A DNA stretch of 62,503 nucleotides, counting the filler, from Rhabdomonas costata (taxonomy: Eukaryota): NCBI GenBank assembly GCA_019059605.1. It is 37 parts of 37 records of this genome, joined end to end, with 100 filler letters (N's around TTAATTAATTAA, not from the genome) between each part and the next. Parts side by side here need not be neighbours in the genome. Positions count along the whole stretch, not along the records: positions 13,544 to 15,135 come from JAHMHO010012416.1; positions 15,236 to 16,825 come from JAHMHO010012417.1; positions 16,926 to 18,516 come from JAHMHO010012418.1; positions 18,617 to 20,208 come from JAHMHO010012419.1; positions 20,309 to 21,899 come from JAHMHO010012420.1; positions 22,000 to 23,591 come from JAHMHO010012421.1; positions 23,692 to 25,283 come from JAHMHO010012422.1; 30 more parts are not named here. One strand, written 5' to 3'. The translations under genes and the position numbers were made by a program. This document shows positions 13,600 through 24,897 of the stretch, one piece after another. Position 1 is the first letter of the stretch; every line of letters starts with the position of its first letter. The notes beneath the pieces are model-generated. The model ran no database searches. It had not been told where the DNA came from and was given only the letters and a program-made list of their open reading frames with translations.

Positions 13600-15035
13600 C
13601 ACTCTGGTGGCAGCATATGCGGTACTCCTGGGCTGCAGCGGTAGGTGTCCCGGCCGAAACCATAGTCTCAACATACACAGGAGGCCTGCAAACAACCCCG
13701 GGAACAGAAAATAAAAGAAGGTAAAAAAGTTGCCGTGTGTGTGTGCGTGGTGGATGGGGGAAGGGGAGACCTCTTTCCGGTTCCTTGCATGGGATACACT
13801 TCATTTGAAAGAGGTTCTCGCAGATCGGGTCGCACACAATTTGCATCCGGAGACAGGGAACTGCAGCGAAAACAACCCAAGAGACACACTGTCAGTTTTT
13901 GAATCAGAAACAATCGGAGTTTCATAACATTCGTTGAAACAAACGCCACGCATGGCTAAGATTGGGACCTTCCCACCAGGGGGTTGGGTGAACTTGCCAA
14001 GAATCCCTCGAAGAGAGACGTCATTCAGTTGGGCTAGGTTAGCCCTCTGGCAGCTGCAGTGCAGCCGCTACAACGATTAGGAGCTGGGGGCAGGGGGGGT
14101 TCTCTCGCAGTTTTTTGTGGTTATGATTTGAGTTCCGAATAGAGTTTCCTGTTCACAGATAGATTATAATGTCACAAACGTCTGAAAATATTTTCGACTT
14201 CATAGGACTGAAGAGAGACAGGCACCCTTAGGAAGGGCAACCACTCGCACTGCTATTATCAACGCCGCTGCTCCGAGCAAACCTCAGAAACCTCAGCCCC
14301 ATTTCAACGCAAAATGGGACAGCAAAAAGTGACAGCAAAATGGTCATTGGCCACCAACGCCCCTCCACCGAGATTGGTGGAAAGCTGAGAATTCTAAAGC
14401 CTCAAATGCCCCTCTCGAAACCAAGCCAGGAGAAAAAACCGCGAAACCTGACACTGTTGAAAGCATCGGGTGGCCCCCCTCCCCAAAGTGGTTGTTGTTA
14501 CAGCATTACCTTATTTAGGAAACGCAGGGTTAAGTATACTGGTTTCTGCTGATTTCTGTGCGATTATCATTATTGACGACATTCCCTCCAGTTAGGGAGG
14601 GGGGGGGCATCGTCATCGTCGTTTTAGTGCTGGGCGCAGTTATTCCATCGTTTGGTTTGACACGCCCTCCTCCCCTAAAAGCGCACCAAGAGCACAGCTT
14701 TTGAGTTCCCAGTTGAGCGTTCTGCCGTTTGCCATAACGATGGGAAATAAGAGAGGGGGATGTCCTCGGCATGCCTCCCCATAGAATTCTCTCCCCTCCA
14801 AACCAGAACAGCAAAGACAGAGGAGAGAGGCACTTGGTTGCAGGGCAGGAGCAGCTTCCGCCACTGCGGTGGCGGAGGAGGCAGTGGACGTCGGGCAGCT
14901 CCACCAGTCCGCTGAAAAAAAGCACCTTCCGCACACCCTAACCCTACCTTGCTTTCCCCCGTCCATCCCCATTCGGCTTCGGAACTTCGGAATCTCCCGA
15001 AACACAAACCAAGAAAAAAGAAATCATTACCGGCG

Positions 15036-15127
15036 CCACAGGCGTGCTGCCAGGCGGACGGTGTGCCTGCCAGAAAACTGGTCCTTTCCCTCATAAGGAA
15101 GCTAGCCGGAAAAGCTCTGTGCAAGCC
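15036..15127 (+). repeat. Repeat family C, copy 2
   Basis: Same three blocks as 13544-13599 with a longer internal spacer. Confidence 0.85.
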
Positions 15128-15311
15128 AAAACACANNNNNNNNNNNNNNNNNNNNNNNNNNNNNNNNNNNNNNNNNNNNTTAATTAATTAANNNNNNNNN
15201 NNNNNNNNNNNNNNNNNNNNNNNNNNNNNNNNNNNCGAAAACCCATCCTTGCCTTGCAACAGAGAGATGGTTTCAGGGGAACAGGGGCGCTGCCGAACCA
15301 TTTCACTGCAC

Positions 15312-16553
15312 TTTTGCTTGAGCTCGTTCAGAGAAACGGTGACGTCCTCAACCTTCTTCTTCTCCTTCTCAAGAAGGTCATTCGACCTACGTGAAAAAAA
15401 CGACGGAGAAACATTTCACAGAGAAAATGACCGAAACAGAAACAAAACAAGCATGTTGTGGGTCAGCATCACAGAGAAAGATTAATGCGCAATTAGGAGC
15501 AACGTCAGGAGGTTCAAAAGGTGACTGTAAAGAAACGCCACAAATTTGTTTGGTGAAACATGAATAATCATTCTGACAATATTGCAGCCCAAAGCCTAAG
15601 GAGTGGCGGGGACAGGTCACCCACCACTTCAGCATCTGTCGGTTATTGCCCAGAGATATGATCTTCTCCTTCAGGGCGGCGTCGGTCTTCTCGTTCAGTT
15701 CCTTTAAGCTGGCGTTCTCCGCTTTGAGCCGGTCCACCTCTGAGAAAGGGACAGCCATTCAGGTCAAGGTGCCATAAATGAGGGGAGATGCAGCCAGCGA
15801 CCTAGGAAGATGGCAACCTCAAGTCAGGGTTTCAATAATAGCACAAAGTATGAATCCCAAATGGCCAGTACAGCTCATGTTACGACAACCGCACCAACCA
15901 GCTCGGGTGCGGCTCGGTCGGAACACAACACCGAAAAACACTCAATAGTTGCACGGAAACTGACGCGGCAGTTCAAGCAAGACAAACCAGAGAAAAGCTT
16001 CTCCGATTCGATCAGCTTCTTCTGAGCGTGCTCCAAATCCTGTTCGGGAGAGAAATCAGTAATCTTGAATTTGAGTCAACATGTGCGCTTCAAAATGAGA
16101 ACTACGGACAGAATTCATCCTTAGGAGTTGTATAAAGTTGACGAAAGGAAACAGTGACAGGGAAGCTCCACACAACAGATTTTATGTGACGGGGATAAGA
16201 CCTCACAGAAAGACGGGTTTGTTCATGTTGTTCGCAGACGAAGACACATAATTAAGTGTGTGAAGGAATCACCAAACTGATCCAAGCGTTAATTCCCCTA
16301 TGACGGGAACACTTACTCACAGAGGGGCAGAGGGAGCATGCGTGTTTGTGTCTCCGGACCTGTTGGACAGCCTGGAGCTCTGCTTCGTGGGTGCGGGTGG
16401 TCTGCTCTGTCATGGCACGGGCGTCGGTGAGCTGACGGGTCAAGCTCTCCAGCTGAAGCTCCAGCTGCTCGTTGATCTTTCCCAGCTCATCCGCCGCACC
16501 GCTTAGCTCCAGCCGCTCCTCCTCCGCAGCCTTCAGCTGCTCCTCGTATTGCG
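15312..16553 (-). CDS. Coiled-coil protein, partial, four exons
   Basis: Exons 16553-16360, 16039-15988, 15739-15628 and 15386-15312 splice in frame by GT-AG to give E/K/L/Q-rich heptads. Confidence 0.8.
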
Positions 16554-16623
16554 CTGCGCACGGCGGTTCCGTGAGTGATGGCGTGACCATGAATGCGCTT
16601 GGACATGTACCGCAAAAATGTGA

Positions 16624-16818
16624 GGTCTTCTGATTCCCCTCTCTTCCTCCACAAACGCATCCGGAGTTTTCCTAGTCCTTCACTTCTTTCCTTTGCAGTC
16701 AGCATTTCGTGAAGCGAGAAAACAAAAGCAAAAACAATAAGCAGTGCAAAGGAAAGAAGTGAAGGACTAGGAAAACTCCGGATGCGTTTGTGGAGGAAGA
16801 GAGGGGAATCAGAAGACC
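16624..16818. repeat. Perfect 74-bp inverted repeat at contig end
   Basis: 16624-16697 is the reverse complement of 16745-16818. Confidence 0.95.
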
Positions 16819-18916
16819 ACACACCNNNNNNNNNNNNNNNNNNNNNNNNNNNNNNNNNNNNNNNNNNNNTTAATTAATTAANNNNNNNNNNNNNNNNNNN
16901 NNNNNNNNNNNNNNNNNNNNNNNNNGGTTTGTTGGAATTGCACTTTTTTAGGTCGCCTGAGGTCTCAACCTGTGTTTCGTTCTGTTTTTTCTGTTCTATA
17001 CCCCGTCGCTTCCCCTGATGCTCGCCCCTTGTGTTTTGGAGCTCCAGAAAGGCTGAACAGTTGCATTGGAATTGCTTTCATCTTAGACATCTTAGACGCA
17101 CAATATAACACGTCGAAGCGCATCAAGCTCACGTGAACGTTGCAAGGGAAGTGCTCGCTATCCTTCGTTGTTCGGCAAATTCGAATTTTGCGGCATCAGG
17201 ACACACTTTCTTTTCCCAAACCTCGCTCTCTGCGTTGCATACAGCGCGGAGGTGGACACGGCAGTACGCAATGAAATGAGCGGGTGTGTCTGTTTTGCTC
17301 CTCTCTCCTTTTCCAACGACCAGCCACGACCAACAATTTCCCACTCTCTCAAGTTCCTGTCCTTTTTAGGTTTAAGGTAGGCTGAGGCACTCCATAGGTT
17401 GCTGGTGCAGTCTCCCTCTCCCTGTTTCTCAAGTTTTAGGGAGGCTGTGTGGGTGAGTCGCCGAAATCGCGTTGAGGCGCATGGAGCCATCCCTGGGTCA
17501 ACCCTGCTTCTTGCATTGGCCTCTCAGGCGGCGCAGTGGTGGCTTTTCCGTGGACTCTGTTTTGGGCCCGGAGTGGTCCCCTCCACCATTGTGACCGCTC
17601 TGATCCTTCGGGGACCCACCACCGAAGCGTTTGGACATGCACAGTTGACTCCACCCCCAAAACAAGTTGTGCCCCTCTTCCACTCGCGCACTCCCCCTGC
17701 CACTGGGGTGTGGCGGAGGAGGGGACAGCAAGCGAGCTGGCGACCGCAGCCTTGTTCTCTCAGTACTTGTGTGTGAATAGAGTTGTGATTTCTTTTTCAC
17801 GTTGTTTGTTGCCGTGCCTTTGCCGTTTTCCTTCCCATCAGTTCTCTGGACACCGGTGCCTGGGAATTGGCGCAGCATGCGTGGTTGCGTGCTGCGAATT
17901 CTTAGTTGGGTGCCGCTTGCAGGTCGCATCGAGCAAGTCTCGTTTCCTCAAGGCTTCAAGTTGTCTGATTAGGAGAGAGTGTTACAACCCGGTCCTGTAT
18001 GCACCGGTTGGTGGGTCGGTGGGTTCGATGTGCAGTCGGAATTGGTGTGTGAATGGCACTATGGTTGTTGTTTTTCCCCGTTGACTTTCCTTTGCTATGA
18101 TGGTGATTGGTGTTTCTGAGGTGCGTAGGGTTGGGATTCGCTGCGCAGGCTGACGCAGCTGGGGCCTTCTTCGAGCCTCGTGCGCACCTCAGTTTCGAAG
18201 AGGTGCTTTGTTTGTGGTGGTGAGTGAAAATTGGCGAAGGGCAGAGGTGCTTTCGATCATATCAAGAGCAAGATTTGCAATCACGAAGTAAAACCATTTT
18301 TTCCAATTCCAACCTCGAGGTTCTACGATCGTGGTTGTGCCGTCGCAGTTTTCTGCTCAAGAGCTGTTCCAGTCCGCCACTCCAACCTCCCCTTCCCCCA
18401 CTTACACAGTTGGGCCTTTCGCTGATATGTGTGGAGTAGCCTTCCGGTTGGCCTGGTTCAAAAGCGTTTTTCCATAATGCGGTCGCCGTGCGAAACTGAT
18501 CTCATCCCCAACCCCCNNNNNNNNNNNNNNNNNNNNNNNNNNNNNNNNNNNNNNNNNNNNTTAATTAATTAANNNNNNNNNNNNNNNNNNNNNNNNNNNN
18601 NNNNNNNNNNNNNNNNAGGATGCCGAATGGGAAGCGCCGTTTTTCTCACTTGGTCTTGGTCTTTCTTGGTGTCGCTGGTCATCGTTAAAGAATCGGATGT
18701 GTACAGATGTGTGTGCGGAGCCACTGCATTGGCTGCTGAGTAGTCAGGTGCAGGGGCAGTTGCCAGAGTTGTCTGCAGGGCTTTACTTGAAGTGGGAACC
18801 AGCAGGCGTAAAGAATAGAGTGAGTGAATGCACCAGCGTGTTAGTGTGAGTGTGTGCACCAGCGGTTGCTCTTCGTAGCTCAGTGAATGCAAGAGCATGC
18901 AGGTGGTCGCGGGAGC

Positions 18917-18968
18917 CTGCCAATTTTCCCTGCCAATTTTCCCTGCCAATTTTCCCTGCCAATTTTCC
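18917..18968 (+). repeat. 13-bp minisatellite, four copies
   Basis: (ctgccaattttcc)x4. Confidence 0.95.
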
Positions 18969-20308
18969 GCCCGCGCTTGGCACACTTCAGCCACACGGAA
19001 ACAATGGGGTCCCCCTTTCAGGAGGTATTCTTTCTGCAATTATGTCCCTGCCTCTCCCCACACCCCCTCCCTGTTTGTTTTGGTTACCGCAAATGCTCTC
19101 AGCCTGAGCATCATAACAGCTATCGGGGGAGGGTGATTAGCCTGTAGGGGGGGTCGGCTGCACTAAAACATATATCAGTTCTCTCACCTGTTTGTATCTG
19201 CGCTTCTGGCTCTTGCAGTGCGCTGCTTCGCTGCGTTGCAGGAAACTTCTCCTCCCTTTTTTTAGTAGCTGTCCATCTCCTACACACATTGCCGACGGAG
19301 CCCGGTAATGTGGTACTCTTGTGAACATCACGAATCTCGAGCGTGCACACCCGAAACATTCCCTACGTACTTTATTGGGGTTGTGCTTCCTCTTCATTTG
19401 GCCTTTAAATGATTGTGGAAGAAGGAGCCTTCTGGTAACTTTTGTGCTTTGCACCTGGTATGCTTGCAAAAGACTGGATGCTTATCAGCTGGTTCCCAGG
19501 TGTTAGATCGTCCGAATTTGGACGGTCTAGCTCAGCAGGAGCGCAGAAAGCTGCAAGGCGGTCTGTGAAGGTGACACTTGCTCGCGTCCTTCGTATTGGT
19601 CTTTGGATTCCTTCGTATTGGTTTGGTTGATTGTCAATTTGGGACCTCCGGCTGCTGCTGTGGCAACACCGAGCAAAGAGCCCGCCATCCGCAATTCCAC
19701 GCTGGGTCCCTTGCCTGGATCGCATGGATTTGGGGGATGCAATTGGACGAACCCAACTGACTCCCATGTCGGAGTCGTCCGGATGTCAGTTTCCTGCAGT
19801 GGTTCCGTTGTCAGTGGCAAAAGAGGGTCTGTTGTAGGGAGTTGATTTGCCATATGGTTTCTGCCGCACATTGTGTCGAGAATTAGCCAAGCGCTTTCTG
19901 CTGTTGACCACACGACATTCTTTGAAATATACTCCCGTCCAAAACCGCGTGATGGTTATTTTCGGGGTGTAGTGGCACCGGAACAAGTTTTTTTTGTTCC
20001 ATCGTCAGCCAATACCGCTTCTCATTTTTTGGTTCGAATCGAACGTTAGCTGCTTTCACTGATGGAGCAGGGGGATGCAGCGTTCTCCACCGCGTCCTCC
20101 AAACCCATAGCAGTGCGGAGTGTTTCACGACCTCAGCTTCCCAAACCCGAGGGCCCTCCCCGACGTTGCCCACGAGTGCCCATTCGCGTCATGCACACCA
20201 CCACCCCCNNNNNNNNNNNNNNNNNNNNNNNNNNNNNNNNNNNNNNNNNNNNTTAATTAATTAANNNNNNNNNNNNNNNNNNNNNNNNNNNNNNNNNNNN
20301 NNNNNNNN

Positions 20309-21526
20309 AGCACCAGAAAGGCAAGCTGGACCTGACTGTGGTGCTGCATGCTTTGATGGAGGTGCTAGCATCGTTTGGGTTCCGCTTTCATACATGGCTT
20401 CTCACCACATCGCGAACCCTGGGCATCCTTTCTGCCCATTCCAGATGACGCATGGACGGGAAAGAGCTTTGGAAGTGAGTTCCAGTGCTTCCAGTGCTAC
20501 GCTGGGGTCTTCTGTACTGCCCTTTGGGATACCGCATACACTACCGTGTGCGACCACGGGACTGCCTTGTGACTTTCCATTTAACACTGTTCGGGTTTTG
20601 CGTGGGGTGTGGGGTGAGGGGTGATGTGTGATTGTTTTCGTGCATAATTTGTGTTGGCCATCTGTAAACCCTCAACTTCAGGTGAGGCAAGAAGGGACAC
20701 CGAAAAAGCTGCAACAAGGGACGTGACAAAAATTCTGCGGAGAGGCTTCTATTCGGATGAGATCGCCACATCAACCACCATATATGTGACCCAACGGACA
20801 CTCACGCACATACACCTGTGTCGGACTTATGACCATTGATGTATTTGTTGTGGTCGGCGGTGCCATGTGGAGGACCTTTGACGCTGGACATTCATTGTCC
20901 TTGTGCTGACGCTGTGGTCTGTTCATTTCGCTGAGAGAAGTTGTTCCCACCTCATCCTTCAGTGGCTGATTGGGCACATTCTGGACCATGACAAGAAGAT
21001 CGCGGAGGGCTGTATTAAGAAGGGTATCGACTGCTCTCAATTCCAGACCGTCTCTGATGTCATCCCCAAGGACTCCAGCAAAGGCAAAGCACGCCTCCCC
21101 GTGGGTGTGTGCCCTCCTGCACAACAAGTAGGCATGCGTGTGACCGCTTCACCGCTACCCAATCTCCAACCAAAAATGGGCAAATCAAACACTCACATGT
21201 CAAATTCATGCTGAACGCTAGGTCCTGGTGGCTCATTAGAAATTTTCGTCATCCGCAATGCGTGATGTCCGAGTATTCTGAAAAAGCCCATGCTTTGCTG
21301 AATCCGGCTTAAATTACTATACAGCAGCTTAAATTAGCGTTTTAGAAAGAAAAACATGGAAAATGATAGAAAAGTCACGTGTCCCTGATGGTGCCACTAG
21401 ATGTCAATACATTTCCTGCGTGACTGCTTTCATTTTTCTGACAGATTTGCTTCCTTCCTATCTTTCTCGGTCTGCAGAGGTTGGAATCGCACTGCTCATG
21501 CTTCCAGTGGTGGCGCTGTTGGGCTG
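20309..21526 (+). CDS. Hemerythrin-like domain protein, partial, spliced
   Basis: Exons 20309-20361 and 20963-about 21083 give HQKGKLDLTVVLHALME|WLIGHILDHDKKIAEG, matching the hemerythrin C-terminal helix WLxxHIxxxD; hydrophobic exon 21478-21526 may follow. Confidence 0.6.
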
Positions 21527-22097
21527 GTAAGAGGCTTCACTCACTTTATCCTTTTTTTTTGCATGAGAACAGAATCAAACATTCTCCGAGAAGTTGCGTT
21601 GCGGTGAAGATTCCGTGCATTGTTGTGTCTCACCCGTTTCTTCCCCTTTCCCGCTTCTCTGGCTCTTCTGGTTTTTAGTATTGAGCTGTTTACGGCGCGG
21701 GCGTTTGATGAGACAATTAATGGCTTTTTGACTTTTCGTCTTCACTCACGTGTGTGTCAGGTGTTGAACAGTTCTTGAACGTCGCATTGACAGTCGAAAA
21801 CTGTGACAATGAGTCTTGGCAAATACCATCTGGGATCATAACCCACACGCATTGTTTGCTCGGCACATTTACTGCTACAATGGGGCTGTACCACAACAAN
21901 NNNNNNNNNNNNNNNNNNNNNNNNNNNNNNNNNNNNNNNNNNNTTAATTAATTAANNNNNNNNNNNNNNNNNNNNNNNNNNNNNNNNNNNNNNNNNNNNT
22001 TGTTTGGGGGTGAGTTATATTTTCGCAGGAGTGAGTGCTTTTTTGGTGAATCACAGCTGGTCTCTTTCAGATGCTCTGTTTGTATGTATGGATGCAG

Positions 22098-22859
22098 GAG
22101 GCATCGGATGCCGGTTCAGTCTGTACGGGAAGCGTTTCCTGTTTATTGGGGTGCACTTTCCTGCCCACGCGGAGTTTGTCGATCGCCGCAACGCCGTCTA
22201 CCACGAAATGCTCGCCAGCATGCGGTTCCGGCTCCCTGTGCAATGTGACGACCTGGTGGACCAGGCGACGTCCCTCCAACCCCCACCCCCGATCCTCACA
22301 CACCTGATAAACGGGATGCATTGGAGTGATGTGGGATAGAGTAAACCCGACGCCGTATTGCGAGTGGCATCTGGGGGCCTCTGCCTGTACAGAGCCTTGT
22401 GCCTTCACAAGTGAGAGCAGTATAATGGATCAGGCCTCTGCAATCCATTGTGATCAATTGTGAGCAGTGTCATGTAGCAAGGCTGTGAGTTCGAGCATCA
22501 CTGCACAATGGTTCCAGGGCCCTGGCATCAACCTATGACACAACGCAGACAGCGCGCGCGCGTACACACACCCGCGCGCGCGCGCACACACACACAGAGA
22601 GAGAAACAGAGAAACACAGAAACTATGAGTTGGTCAGTGGTCGGAGAGGGAGAGCTCATGCAACGTGCAACGTTGTTTGCTCCACCATTTTTGCCATCAT
22701 CCCAACGCAACCCTTTTTATTTTTGGGAACACAGGGCAGCTTTGCCTCGTTCGATGGCGCACCGCCGCGCTGTCCTGTGGACTTCACGGCGTCGGAGCCC
22801 CACCACCGATGGCAGAAGAGGAGAAGCTTCCGGATTCCCGAGCACGACTACATCTTCTG
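22098..22859 (+). CDS. Inositol polyphosphate 5-phosphatase (IPPc family), partial, spliced
   Basis: Exon from 22098 reads GIGCRFSLYGKRFLFIGVHFPAHAEFVDRRNAVY; exon 22735-22859 ends HDYIFW, just before the expected GDLNYR. Confidence 0.88.
22551..22620. repeat. Compound microsatellite (CG)n(CA)n(GA)n
   Basis: Read directly from the sequence. Confidence 0.9.
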
Positions 22860-24495
22860 GTTCTACCTCCTCCTTCTCCTTTGGGCTTCACTCAGGGGTC
22901 TCCCATTGGTTTTGGTTGACGTCAAATGTTTTATGCTTAATTCTTTGGCTGGAAGAGTTTTCCACTTCTACGTTTGTTGGGGGCCGCGTATAAAACGACA
23001 ACCTCGCCTCAGGTATTATTTAAAGACAGTTAGACAATTTTTTGGGATGATTTTTTCTCAATGGTCTGGGAAGGAACCTTTTTGGGATTTACAGGGGTCT
23101 GCAATGCTCAGCCCAACCTTTCGGCTGGGTTGAGCCCGCTTGACTACCTAAGAATAGAGCTGAATGAAGTCTTTGCTTAGCCGAAGGTTGGGAAATTCCT
23201 ACTGTACTATGCTTTGCCAAATTATACCAAAAACAAAAAGGTTTGGGGACCTGAACAACCTTCGGTGATGTACAGGATAAGCGTAGGACAACCGGGTGTG
23301 GGCCAGGTGGGTGGTACACGGCGATGGTGAAGAACCCTGATGCAGGCAAAAACGGCTCGAGTTACGCAACGGAAAGTGTAATATGATAACTAAAGCTGTG
23401 CAGCAGCTCCCAACGAACAAAAAAAGCAATTGAAACGTTGCCGCACCCCTCTTACATTCGAGATTAAGTCGATAGTGCATCATCGACTTAATCTCAAGTT
23501 CGCTCCAGAGGCAGAGAAAGGCTCCGCAAAAAGAACGCAAACTTTCGTCGCTTCACCTTCGCGTCAGATTCGAACTGCAGCACGATGCACCNNNNNNNNN
23601 NNNNNNNNNNNNNNNNNNNNNNNNNNNNNNNNNNNTTAATTAATTAANNNNNNNNNNNNNNNNNNNNNNNNNNNNNNNNNNNNNNNNNNNNGTTGTGTGG
23701 TGGGGTGGCAAGGAAAATGGGACTGCTCACATTCTTCGAGAATGGCGGTTCCAGCTGATCCATAATTCAAAAAATCCGTTGATCTATTATTAATCCGACG
23801 TATTATTAATTATTGTTTTGCTTGGTGTTGTGGTTCTTAATAGTTATCCAGTATTAATACCTTTACGGCGCCAGTTAGTGGTGGCGACAGCCGCTACCGA
23901 AGTACTTCAAATTAACGCAGTTTTTACAGGTTGACTCTTCAAGCTGTTGCTTGGCGACTTGTTAACTGCCAGCGGGCTTCAATTTTGTGGTGTGTAAGGT
24001 AAGAAAGAATAGGATAAGCGGCCCCACTCATCTTTTCTTTCCGTGGTTTCCGTCGGTGACGGTATTTCACAAGGGTATAATTCCCATCATTAAAGACGCA
24101 TTTGTCCAAACAGCAAGTGTATAAATAACGAACCGGTAGGACAGAAACGTCAGTATTCTTGGGCCAGCGTCGATACTATTAAGGCGCGTGTGCCATGCAT
24201 TCCACACACATACAATTCACACCTGTTGCCATACTTCGGCCAAGTTGCGGATTTAATGGAATCTGGCTGAACTCAATCAATGGCTTGTCGCGCGTTTGCT
24301 GGGTTTTTTTCGTCAGGTGTTTTCTCCTGTTGCTTTTGCTGCCTGTGTTTGTTTCACTTACCCTTGCTGTGAAGGCACACTCTCAATCTTGCCGTTTTTG
24401 TAACCGTCGCATAGCTCACAGAGAAGACTTTACCCAGGAGCTTGGGCGGTTGTTCTCTTGCCGTCCAAAGCTGACGCTGGGTCGAGTTGATCAAG

Positions 24496-24897
24496 ATGTC
24501 GGGTAAGGATTCCCGTCATCGGTATCTGGAGAACCGCTTGGTGGACTTCTTTGCCGTGGACGACCCGAAGTTCAATGCGAACACGGTCGATAGGCTGTTG
24601 GAAGACCCGGGGAACATGGAGATGGTGAACAACTTTTTCAAGGCAACGGGCCCTCCTCACCTGTTTTTCTATTACCAGCAGGAGGTCGATGGGGGCGCAG
24701 AGTCGCAGAAGGAAAAGGATAAGGAGCCAGGCCAGGCTGGCGACGGTGAGGGCGCAGCCGCGCAGCCGTCGTCTCAGTCAGAGCCGACGTTGATGGTATC
24801 TACGACCGCGCATGTGAAGCTGGCGAAGAAGATGATGTACGTTCTGCGCATCACTCCCAACCGCCCGGTGAACACCAAGGAGATGGATGCGATTCAG
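24496..24897 (+). CDS. Outer-arm dynein gamma-type heavy chain (DNAH5/8-like), first coding exon
   Basis: MSGKDSRHRYL...VNNFFKATGPPHLFFYYQ...PTL...YVLR resembles the N-terminus of gamma heavy chains as I recall it; ends CAG|gtcaat. Confidence 0.75.

Noticed and set aside
16624-16818. 74-bp hairpin as a MITE or miRNA precursor
   Set aside because: Perfect arms run into the A/C contig tail, as expected for an amplification fold-back chimera
20031-20040. tRNA T-loop or B-box-like ggttcgaatc
   Set aside because: No cloverleaf or A-box around it
16926-20208. ORFs in contigs 11 and 12
   Set aside because: No recognisable motifs or consistent exon structure
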